NCBI GenBank assembly: GCA_001662655.1
Contig: KV460210.1
Source: Pseudogymnoascus verrucosus
Taxonomy: Eukaryota
Strand: one strand, 5' to 3'
Length of the DNA: 64,000 bases
This document shows positions 13,892 through 23,458 of this stretch, one piece after another. The notes under the pieces are model-generated. The model saw only the letters and a list, made by a program, of their open reading frames with translations, ran no database searches and was not told the DNA's origin. The translations under genes and the position numbers were made by a program. The first letter of the stretch is position 1. Each line of letters opens with the position of its first letter.

Positions 13892-14296
13892 GATTGCGTG
13901 CTATCCTCTGTTTGTTGGAATAGTGGAGCGCAGAGCTGTCAAATTGTTGTGGGGGTTATTTGTGATTTTTCAAAGTTGTCGATTTTGATAGATTTATGAG
14001 ATGGTGGGGCAAGTGAGTCAAAAATGTACCGAGCGATTTGTGTGTCAACTCTAAATTAACGGATTCAGTAAGATAACGGTCAGAGACAACGGAGTATGAT
14101 ATTTTCCGTCCCGATAATCATAAATTGAAACTGTACCTATCAACACGTGCCATCGCGTTCCGACGCGTCTCAACACCACTTCCCAAACTTCCCCACCATC
14201 CATCCCACTTCACCAAACCCCGTCAACCAACAACTCTCACCAACTCCCTACCAAGTCCTCAGCCCAATCCCAAATCTCTCCCCAGAATTCACAACA

Positions 14297-14759
14297 ATGG
14301 CCGAATCTCTCTCCACCCCCCGCATAAACTCTACCTACCTCGACTCCTTCACCAACCGGACTGTCCGCATAACGGGGAAGGTTATCCAGCTGCGCGGTGA
14401 AGAGGCAACACTCGATTCCAACGGACACATTACCGCGCATTTGAACCGAGTACTTCCTCCCTCCACCTTCTGCCTGGGATCGTCACTAACTCCACCCAGG
14501 ATGCGCATCTCACGGTCGGCAATGCCGTCGAGATTGTTGGGAAGGTGAACCAAGACCTGTCTATCAAGGTCCTGCAAGCCACGGATATGGGCGCCGATTT
14601 CAGTGAGACTTTCTCTTTCCTCTCTCCATCCCCCGCCTCCCCAAGAGCTCTTATGCACACCCCCCAGAACAGCGCTAACGAATCACAGACTATGCAGCGG
14701 AAGCCGCCGTCGTAGATGCAACACACCGGTACAAGGATATCTTCTATGCAGAGTCGTGA
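14297..14759 (+). CDS. RFA3: Replication protein A small subunit (RPA14/Ssb3), 3 exons
   Basis: MAESLSTPRIN..TVRITGKV..VEIVGKVNQDLSIKVLQATDMG..VVDATHRYKDIFY; two GT-AG introns restore the frame. Confidence 0.88.
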
Positions 14760-15034
14760 CTCTATTTCGAGAGCGTATTTGCCGGGTTAAGTGTACAAGG
14801 AGAGAAAAAGGAAGTAAGGATGGATGAGGGCGGGCGGTGGAGGGTGGTTATGGGGAAGTAGTAGTAGAGATGTGAGAAGTCTAGGGGATTGACGAGAACA
14901 AATATGACATGAGATGAGGGGCTGGGCTGGTCGATAAGATGCGCCTACTCACTACGATACAATTACAAATACCAACTAAAATAAAATATGTGCATATTCC
15001 CTAGGATACACATCGTCCTTGCATCATGCGCAAC

Positions 15035-15619
15035 TTACTCAAATTTAGCCAGCAACCCTTTCAAAGCCTCCTCCGTATCATATTTCTCTAGAAGCTCCTT
15101 TTTCAGTGCCTGAACTTCATCTTTCTTCTCTGCCCTAACGCCCTCCAGCATCCCCGCTGCCGGCCCAATGAGCTGCGCATCACATAAGTCCATAGCCACC
15201 GCCATAAGCAACACACTATCCGCCAGCCCCGCCATCTTCCCATCCGCATGCAGTCCATTCATCACCATCAGCGCCTTCTCAAAATCCGCGTCGCCCGGCG
15301 TGATAATCACTCTGAGCTCCGTCTGTTCCGGGCCGACTTGGTACTTGTGGTACACCCCCGGCTCAACACTGGACGTTTTGCCGATCTCCAGAGGCGTGAC
15401 TGAGGCTTCCAAGACCTCGAGGTCGGGGGTCGTGCTGCTGTAGACGGAGATGGAGCCGCTGAGGAGATCGAAGGTCTCGGCGAAGCGGGTGTGGAAGTGA
15501 GGTGGGACGGTGGTACCGGGCGTCATGTGTTCAATGAAGATAGTGCGAGCTCCACCGTTTTGGGTGGTTGATTCTTCGAGATGGAAGTGGCGCTCGTCCC
15601 AGCGGCGTTCGGCGGACAT
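15035..15619 (-). CDS. Cupin-domain protein (194 aa), intronless
   Basis: Cupin motif 1 PPHFHTRFAETF and motif 2 VEPGVYHKY. Confidence 0.8.
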   Translation of the reverse strand: MSAERRWDERHFHLEESTTQNGGARTIFIEHMTPGTTVPPHFHTRFAETFDLLSGSISVYSSTTPDLEVLEASVTPLEIGKTSSVEPGVYHKYQVGPEQTELRVIITPGDADFEKALMVMNGLHADGKMAGLADSVLLMAVAMDLCDAQLIGPAAGMLEGVRAEKKDEVQALKKELLEKYDTEEALKGLLAKFE

Positions 15620-16410
15620 GGTGGTATTAGGGATAGTCGAGATGGAATTTAATAACTGAAGCGAGAGGTGTTCCTTGACGGCGTTTTAAAGCTCTTCAAT
15701 ACCCTACCAAAGGAATAAAGAAAGTATAATAGAGGATCTATATAGCAATACCCGAGGATGAACAAATATATATACAGACGATACAGTAAGCTGAGTGCGG
15801 GGTCGGCAAGTTCGACGTCGAATTATGAATAAACCCTGCTCTCACTGCATACTGAACACGTGCACATGCCACACAGAGCACCGCTACAAGTATAGAGCTC
15901 GTGTTGATTAGAATTCCATGCCTACTTACTATTTACTGAGTTCTCGTGCCCTACTTACCCTTACTTTGCGCTTGAGGCGGTGAGGGGATTGGCGAAGCAA
16001 GGGGCGGTATGGGCTAGAGGCGGCAAGGGGCATGGGGGCACTGGGCTTCAAATCCACGCCATGCTTATTGACACGACTGAGACCGGTAGCGTGCAGTGAT
16101 TCCAAATGTGGGCAAGATCTTAATAAAATAATTTATTACTCGCCATCATTCACCCCAAGGCGGCGAGGCATGCGGCAGCAAACGAGTTGGAATCCACGCG
16201 CTGTCCATTGGCGCGGTTGAGACTGTCATCCAAGTGCATCAAAGAAGGCAAGGGGCTTAGTTTAGAATACGGCACGACTGAGATCTCCATGTGATACGGA
16301 AGGGTTGCGAAATGTGCAGTTCCTTATATAAGGGAGGATTTGTCTGTTCAGTTTATAATCCACCCATATCTACAAAGACAAAATCCAGTGAAGCTTTAAT
16401 CAAACCCAAT

Positions 16411-16734
16411 ATGACGTTTCCTGTCGCCCTCCTCAGCATGGCCTTTAGCATCATCTTCGTTAAAGCCACTACCATCCCTAGGCCAGGCATAGGCTTACGA
16501 AATTTAGACTGTACCCCAGGCGAATATATATGCGCTCAGAAGGGTTACAGCACTAGGTGTGGTAATTATCCTGGCATTGTACGTATTTCAACGCCCAGCT
16601 CTTCGCTATTAGTCACAGACAATAACAGTACACTGTAGGTTATCTGTGACGCTTTAGGCAGCTTCTTCCAAACTGTGGCATGCTGCGGAGATGGGGGGTG
16701 CCAAGATATCGATGGGGCACCATACTGCATATAA
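16411..16734 (+). CDS. Small secreted cysteine-rich protein, array copy A (87 aa, 8 Cys)
   Basis: Exons 16411-16578 and 16639-16734 (GTACGT...TAG intron): MTFPVALLSMAFSIIFVKA-TTIPRPGIGLRNLDCTPGEYICAQKGYSTRCGNYPGI/VICDALGSFFQTVACCGDGGCQDIDGAPYCI*. TATA-like element near 16325. Confidence 0.85.
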
Positions 16735-17196
16735 AGTATGTATTGTAACCATTTGCTTGAAAAGGATAAAATACAGACATGTATCTGACATCAAGGGGAT
16801 AGAAAGGCATATCGAGCTATAAAATTACCACTTGGCAGTTAGAACAGAGGCTTTACGAGACAGGCACAGTGTGCGGCAGATAGTTACAATAGCAGATTTA
16901 ATTGAATTATCTACCACTCCAACGAGCGCCTAAAATCCCAGTGCTATCCGTGCTTCTGTCAGGTGTCCACGCCGCATGTCTAAATTCTCAACCGGAACAG
17001 AAATATTTCAAATTTTAGAAGGGTCTCCCGTTCTTGAAACCCCTTGGGACGGCAAGGGGCATGAGACAGCAAGTAAGGATGCCAAATATGAGCCAGAGCA
17101 TATAAAATGGAGGGTTTGTCTCCCCCTTCTCTCCGAAATCCAACACTTACCTACAAAAGCAAAAGCAAAAGCTCATTAATTTTTCGCCAGACTAGT

Positions 17197-17520
17197 ATGA
17201 AGTTTCCCCTCGCCGTCAGCGTGGCAATTGGTGCCACCCTCGCCCAAGCTGCCGCCGTCCCCACAGGCTTACTAGGGGAACGCTGTACTCCAGGTACATA
17301 TTACTGCAATCAGAGCCCTGTTTTTGAGTGTGGTACTTATTATGGCGCAATTGCATGTATTTTAACACACAGCTCTCTGCTGTTAATCGTACTAGATTAT
17401 ACTGCTAATCATGTGCCACAGGTTATTTGTGACGATACAGGCTACAACTATACCCCCATAGCATGCTGCGACCAAAAAAGGGGGTGCAGGGTTGTCAATG
17501 GCGAGCCGCACTGCATGTAA
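17197..17520 (+). CDS. Small secreted cysteine-rich protein, array copy B (84 aa, 8 Cys; GC-AG intron)
   Basis: Exons 17197-17352 and 17422-17520: MKFPLAVSVAIGATLAQAAAVPTGLLGERCTPGTYYCNQSPVFECGTYYGAI/VICDDTGYNYTPIACCDQKRGCRVVNGEPHCM*. The donor at the paralogous position is GCATGT. Confidence 0.82.
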   Translation: MKFPLAVSVAIGATLAQAAAVPTGLLGERCTPGTYYCNQSPVFECGTYYGAIACILTHSSLLLIVLDYTANHVPQVICDDTGYNYTPIACCDQKRGCRVVNGEPHCM

Positions 17521-18124
17521 AGTGCGTATCCCAACCTTTGCTCAAAAGGATTAAATACAGATATCTAATATTAAGGGAATAGAATGGCGTATCAAATTAT
17601 TTGGATATTCCGGGAATACATAGACCCAGGACTGATTTGCATGAGGCACTCGAACTGACTACGAGGTTCTCACATAGTAGTTTCAGCAGCTTCACAATCG
17701 GCACGGTTTATGGCACGTAGTTATAACGGTAGATTCAATTAAACTATCTACCTATCCGCTAGGTGCTTAAATCCCAGTGAGGGCTAATCGGGCTTTAGTC
17801 GGCCATCAAAGAGCTTCCCATGTACCATGCCTATATACCCAATAGATACAGAAGGGCCTCGCATAAGAATAGACCCACCATTTAGATCATGGTCTAACTG
17901 AGTGGTATGTAAGGCGGCAAGGGGTTAGAATCTACGCCACCCCCATCAGAATTACCACCCTTCTATGATCACCCAACATGTAGGCGGCAAGTAAGGACTC
18001 TGAAATATATGTCAGAGCAAAATAAGATATATGGCTCGTCTACCCGATCTTCTAAAATTCAACACTTAAACCCACATCGCCCGCAAAAGCAAAATAGCCA
18101 GTATAACCTCCCATCGAAACCAAC

Positions 18125-18443
18125 ATGACGTTCTCCCTCACCCTCGTCAGTCTATCTTTAAATGCTGTCCTCGTCCAATCAGTCTCCATCCCCAATAGCT
18201 TGCTACCCAGGTCCTGCTCCCCAGGCGGCTATGGCTGTACTTCAGGGTTTGGGTGGTGTGCTCGATATCAAGATTCAATTGTACTTATTTTCACACACGT
18301 CTCCCCTCTATTGATTATGCTAGGTTATGCTTCTAATAATATCTATAGGTTGTCTGCGATGCTTCGGGCTTAATTTCCACCTTGTGGCATGCTGCGGATC
18401 TGGGGGATGCGGTATCGTTAACGGCGCTCCACACTGCTTGTAG
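18125..18443 (+). pseudogene. Small secreted cysteine-rich protein, array copy C, with a 1-nt frameshift in exon 2
   Basis: Exon 1 18125-18280 MTFSLTLVSLSLNAVLVQS..RSCSPGGYGCTSGFGWCARYQDSI. Exon 2 from 18349 reads VVCDASG, then has 23 nt where copy A has 24 before VACCGSGGCGIVNGAPHCL*. Confidence 0.75.
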
Positions 18444-19080
18444 AGAGGTATGGTATATTCCAATTAAACGACAAATGAGTATCCTAACATTAAGCTGACT
18501 GAAAATTATACATACGATTTGGAATATGGGTATCAAGTTGTTGGGCTATTCAGGAATTCGGATCGAGACCTATAGCTCATTTGTATGGGATGCCTTGGTG
18601 ACAACAGTTCTCACTTAGCAGTTAGAGCATAGATATTTCAATCAATTAAATTAACTGCCCAAAGCCCCAGTGCTGATCCTTCTTCCATTAGCTGCTTGCT
18701 GTCACTTGTCAAACTGTCCGTCTAATAGCACTGGGGCTACCAAATCGAGAGGATTGATGGTGCCGCGGAGATTCCTCATCCCAGGCTAATGCAGAATCCC
18801 ACGCAACAAGGTTGAATCCTACACGGCGCCCAGACTCATGATACGTATAAAAGAATGCAATATATATGTAGAAGTATTCAAAGGGATTTTAAGATGGCAG
18901 TATTAAAGAATTTCACTTCGTATTGGGGGGTTTCTAAGTAGTATCCTCGGATTCTAATATTTTCACAAATAAAACCCCTTATAAAAAAGCAAGGACATCT
19001 ACTATCCCATTCTACATATATATATATTGAAAACGAACACTTAACTACGAGGTTAAAACCACCACCCTCACCAATCCAAC

Positions 19081-19410
19081 GTGAAGTTTCTTTTCGCCCT
19101 CCTCAACGTGGCCCTTAGCAGCACTCTCGTCCACGCCCTCACAGCAACCCCTCGCGATGGGGACTGCACACCGAGCGACTACTACTGCGCCAAAGACATT
19201 CTGCAGTGATGTGGCGCTGGTCTAGCAGTTTTACGTGTATTATTTTCAAGCGCAGTCCTCCGCTGTCGACTGAGTATGCTACAAAACAGTTGTCCACGTA
19301 CTGATCGTGTTCTATAAACTGTCTGCGATGCCCGGCAACAAATGCACGTCACGGCTTGTTGTGGAACGGGCAATTGCCAGTGGATCAATGGAGCGGGGTA
19401 CTGCGCATGA
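19081..19410 (+). pseudogene. Small secreted cysteine-rich protein, array copy D, pseudogene
   Basis: GTG replaces ATG (19081), in-frame TGA at 19207-19209, donor is TTACGT (19231) and acceptor is TAA (19315-19317). The remnant still reads DCTPSDYYCAKDILQ*CGAGLAV / TVCDARQQMHVTACCGTGNCQWINGAGYCA*. Confidence 0.85.
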
Positions 19411-19936
19411 GGGGGGGTAGGGACATGAGAGTGGCTGAATAGAAGGATAGGACGAAGGGTTGATACTTTATTCTTAGTAAAGTCTCAGATGGTGCGGAGA
19501 GAGTATACTAAGTTCAATCGCTACCCATAGCCAAGCCACTCAATAATACCTACAGCGTAATACAAACCACTCCTACAGGGACACCCACTCAAACAACCTG
19601 CCCATCACCTCCTCCCACCCCCCATCCTCAGCTTTAGTCGCTTAAGATCCTTCGCATCCGAGGCTAATGTAGGAGAATCCTACGCCGTAAGGCTGAATCC
19701 CAATTGGTACCAAAGGATGTAATATACATACAAATCTATAGAATGGATATGGGAGGGTGGTATTGAAGGATTCTGTGTGGTATTGAAGGATTTCAGATTA
19801 GTATCGACGGATTCCAATATTCGCTCAAAACTCCGATATAAACGGACGGCTTCCTCGCCCCATATTCTCAAACTCCACAACCTATCTACGAAGCAAAACT
19901 ATTACCCCATCATCAGCCAACACGTCATCCCTCACC

Positions 19937-20261
19937 ATGAAATTCTCCTTCACCCTCCTCTGCCTGTCCTCCACCACTCTCCTCGTTGACGCCCTTACAA
20001 CCCGCTTTCCATACTGCATCCGAGGTCTATATTACTGCGCTAACAACCGCTCCGACTGGTGCGGTGGTGGTCCTGCAATTGTATGTATCAATAGAAAACT
20101 CTCTGGTGTCACTCGAGCTTACTATAGTCGCGGCTCAACGTGCTGATTCGGTGTTATAGGCTATATGTGTTGACGGCAACGACGAGTATAAGCTTGTAGC
20201 ATGCTGTGGGACTGGCGGCTGCAAGTATATCGGTGATGATAATGTGCCGTACTGCGTGTGA
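19937..20261 (+). CDS. Small secreted cysteine-rich protein, array copy E (81 aa, 8 Cys in the mature part)
   Basis: Exons 19937-20080 and 20160-20261 (GTATGT...CTGAT...TAG): MKFSFTLLCLSSTTLLVDALTTRFPYCIRGLYYCANNRSDWCGGGPAI/AICVDGNDEYKLVACCGTGGCKYIGDDNVPYCV*. Confidence 0.85.
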
Positions 20262-21340
20262 TAAGGGATATGGGGAACAGGATGTAGTAGAAAGAAATGA
20301 ATAGGCAAGGTGCAAATGACTGCCATATAGTTTGTAGTGAAGCTTGAAGATCACAGAAATAGTGCACGCGGTTATGAACATTGCTTCTCGAAGTGTTCGA
20401 TTCACCTTCAAACCTGTGTGAGTGACATGCATGGACAGGCCAGGAATGGAAATGGATTGGCATAAAATGTGGTGGACTAAGGCCTCTTTATCAAAGGGTA
20501 TGCTAGAACTAGACCGATAACCACCTAAAAAACACTTCGGGGAGCAATGTGCATTACCGCGAGCACTGCGTTGCTTAGATTCTACTAAGGTCAGGACGTT
20601 TCGGGTGTAGCAGAACAAGTAAGAAGCTCGCAATTTGATTACCTCACATATTGATTTGATACCCGATGCTAATAATATGGGTGTTCAGAATCGTTGAATA
20701 CAGACCTGCTGTAATGGAAATGAATGAGCATCGGACACATTTCAATCTATATCACTCCTCTTAAAATTTGAATTATAGCACCCTATTTTGGAAGGATAGT
20801 ATTCGTTTTACAAGTAACTCGACACTTTTCCCCTGATCTCTTCCGTTTATGTATCCTGCCGACCATGGCCCAGGACGACTATTGAAAGTAATACAGTTTC
20901 TCAAGCCTCAGTTTCTGTTAAATACTTTAGTCTACTACGTTTCTTAATTAACGCGCCTATTCGACAATCTTAAAAAAGAAATCAGGCAGCTATACACATG
21001 CCCTGAAAATAACATCGAAATTGCCGAAATCTCAACGTGTAGAAAATACAGGGGTATCGGAAGGTCTAAGATGTAAAAAACATGGGTCGAGATCGAGATT
21101 AATCTATAAATATAATTACTAATCCATTTGGGCCTTTATTTAGCCTAATGGTACTACGCGTGACACTACTAGGAAAGAAGCTGCGGAGTATCGGAGCACC
21201 ATAATCAACCCCCGCTATGCTTTTTTTATAAAGACGTACCGAGATGTTCTTTTCGTTTCATCTGCCACAGATTCAACTTATCTTGCGTTTTCCTTCGATT
21301 TACTACTTACGTCCCTTGTCTTGACTAAAGTTAACCGGCT

Positions 21341-22652
21341 ATGGCGCCCATCAAAGTCGGAATCGTGGGCTACGGTTTTGCAGCCAAGAACTTCCATATC
21401 CCTTTCATTTCCGCCATTCCTGACTACGAAATAATCGCTATTTTGCAGAGAGCGGAGGCCCCAGCCAATCCTGAGTTATCTCCTAAGGGTTCCCATTGCA
21501 CTGTCGATTTTCCAGGAATCAAGCACTATAGATCTGCAGACGACTTCTTCGCCGATTCAGAAATCGCTTTTGTCGTAGTAGCTACGCAGACTGATACGCA
21601 TGCCTTGTTTGGGGAGATGGCGCTGACGGCCGGAAAGCACGGTACAGCGACTACATTTAACCCGCATGCGATGAGCTAATGTAACCACCAGTCATAATTG
21701 ATAAGCCTTTTGCAGAGTCAGCCGAGGAAGCAGACAAGATCATAGCCCTTGCTGAGAAGAAATCATTACTTCTTACCTGCTATCAAAACAGAAGATGGGT
21801 ATGATTAAGTCTTCTCCGCATTTGTTTTTAGAGACTCACTTATTTTTGATTAGGATGGTGGCTTTCAAACGTTGCGGAAGCTTATTAAAGAAGACGCATT
21901 AGGGGATATCAAGGAAGCAGAGATTCACTACGACTTCGAGTCGCCATCATGGATTTCTCAATTCCCTGCGAAGTATACGCCTGGAGCTGGGATGGCGTAT
22001 GGGCTAGGTGAGTGAGATTGCAGCGCCTTTAAATTAGCGTTTCGCTATGAAGATGGTCTTGACAAACGTATTTGTAGGAACGCACAGCATTGATCAGGCA
22101 TTGGTCTTATTTGGCCTGCCCAAATCAGTCACAGGTTTCTTCCGCGTCCAGCGCGGCATGGAGAGCGAAGTAGAGGACTCCTTCACCATAGTCATGCAGT
22201 ACGACGGACCACAGAAGGAGCTACTTGTAACAGTGAAGACATCTGTGGTAACACCAATGGCGCAGCAGCTTAAATTTCTCGTGCGCGGCACTAAAGGCTC
22301 CTTTATTAAGTTTCAGAATCGGAGTACGTGCCCACAAGAAGAGCAGATTGCTCTGGGAGCAAAACCTCTCGACGAAGGTTTTGGTTCCGAGCCAGAGCAA
22401 TTCCAAGGCATTCTCACGACATATGACAGTTTCGATAGTCAGGTCCAGACACTTGACAAGGAGACAAACAAGTATACTGGTAGGTATCCTACGATTACAG
22501 GTCGATGGCTAGGAATATACGAGAATGTTGCAGATGCCATCAATGGAAAGGGCGATTTAGAAGTCAAGCCAAAGCAATCGAGAGATGTGCTGCGTATTAT
22601 TGAGCTTGCAAGGGAGTCACACAACAAGGGTGTTGCAGTGCCATGGGCATGA
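21341..22652 (+). CDS. Gfo/Idh/MocA oxidoreductase (IolW/YdgJ-like), 4 exons
   Basis: IKVGIVGYG Rossmann start, GKH/VIIDKPF, YQNRRWD and LGTHSIDQALVLFG. Introns at about 21642-21690, 21799-21853 and 22008-22077. Confidence 0.9.
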
Positions 22653-22724
22653 ACGTTTTCACGGCCTGTTGGAATTCTTGGGAGTTATTTTGAGAATGAA
22701 GCCAATCCGCAATCACCACCTTTA

Positions 22725-22879
22725 CTAATTTGCCCAGTCAATGCCTGCATACTTGAACTAGTAAAAGTACTAGACCCGTCGAAATATATGGAGATTCATA
22801 CCTACAAGTAATTTCATCTTTCCGTCCAAGCTTAAGCTGTGATATGACATCTTCCACATCGAGTTGCCTTTTCTGCCAT
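22725..22879 (-). pseudogene. Probable N-terminal relic of a cytosolic GH3 beta-glucosidase
   Basis: With two +1 frameshifts it reads MAEK-QLDVEDVISQL-SLDGKMKLLVG, then a GTATGA...CAG intron, then IDWAN*. This resembles the (L/I)DVE..(I/L)..L.L.EK..L..G.DFW N-terminus I recall for signal-less fungal GH3 enzymes. Nothing further survives. Confidence 0.45.
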
Positions 22880-23198
22880 ACTGACGATTGCCGTGACAAG
22901 TTGATGAGAAAGATGCCAAGGAATAGGAGAGGAATCGGCAACGGATAATATATGTGGTTGTTCGAAATCTTGGGAGTGGAGGCTTAATCTTGAAGTGGTC
23001 TCAACCTGATGGCTTGAGGGTCTAAGGCAGCCGCCCGCGGCCCTGCCATAGCTGCCATACTCACCCCTACTATTTGGGGTGGGAAACCTCATTCTTGCTC
23101 CAGAGACTCTCCTAAAGCTCGAAACCTCTGATGATCATGACTCACACCGAGCGCAGAATATCGGGACTTAACTTGAATGAATCACAACAAGCCCTGAG

Positions 23199-23231
23199 GT
23201 GCGGGGTATTGGCCATGGACGAACCCCGCAC
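23199..23231. promoter_or_regulatory. Inverted pair of CreA/Mig1-type sites
   Basis: Perfect 9-bp inverted repeat GTGCGGGGT (23199-23207) ... ACCCCGCAC (23223-23231); each arm contains SYGGRG. Confidence 0.5.
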
Positions 23232-23458
23232 GTAGCCCACAGGCGCTAGAACGGGGAATATGGAGCATAATCCCCGATGAGTACTGCCAGCTCAACTTCC
23301 AACTTCGACACTCCCCACCGGGTACGGCGGATAAATTGACAGCGAGGCTGAATAAAATAAGACTCCTTCTCGCTTTAATACTTCGACTCTGTTTATGTGT
23401 GTGTTCTCACAACCCATCTATTTTCCATATTTCAATTATTTCAATACTACATGCCACA

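Noticed and set aside
19081..19410. RIP as the cause of copy D inactivation
   Set aside because: Lesions include A>G and G>T, the G>A changes are not in the classic CpA/TpG context, and the copies are too short and divergent for typical RIP.
16411..20261. Hydrophobin identity for the 8-Cys array
   Set aside because: Hydrophobins have two CC doublets (Cys2-3 and Cys6-7); these proteins have a single CC at Cys5-6.
20340..20415. GTTCGATTC B-box-like motif suggesting a tRNA
   Set aside because: I could not build a cloverleaf or acceptor stem around it.
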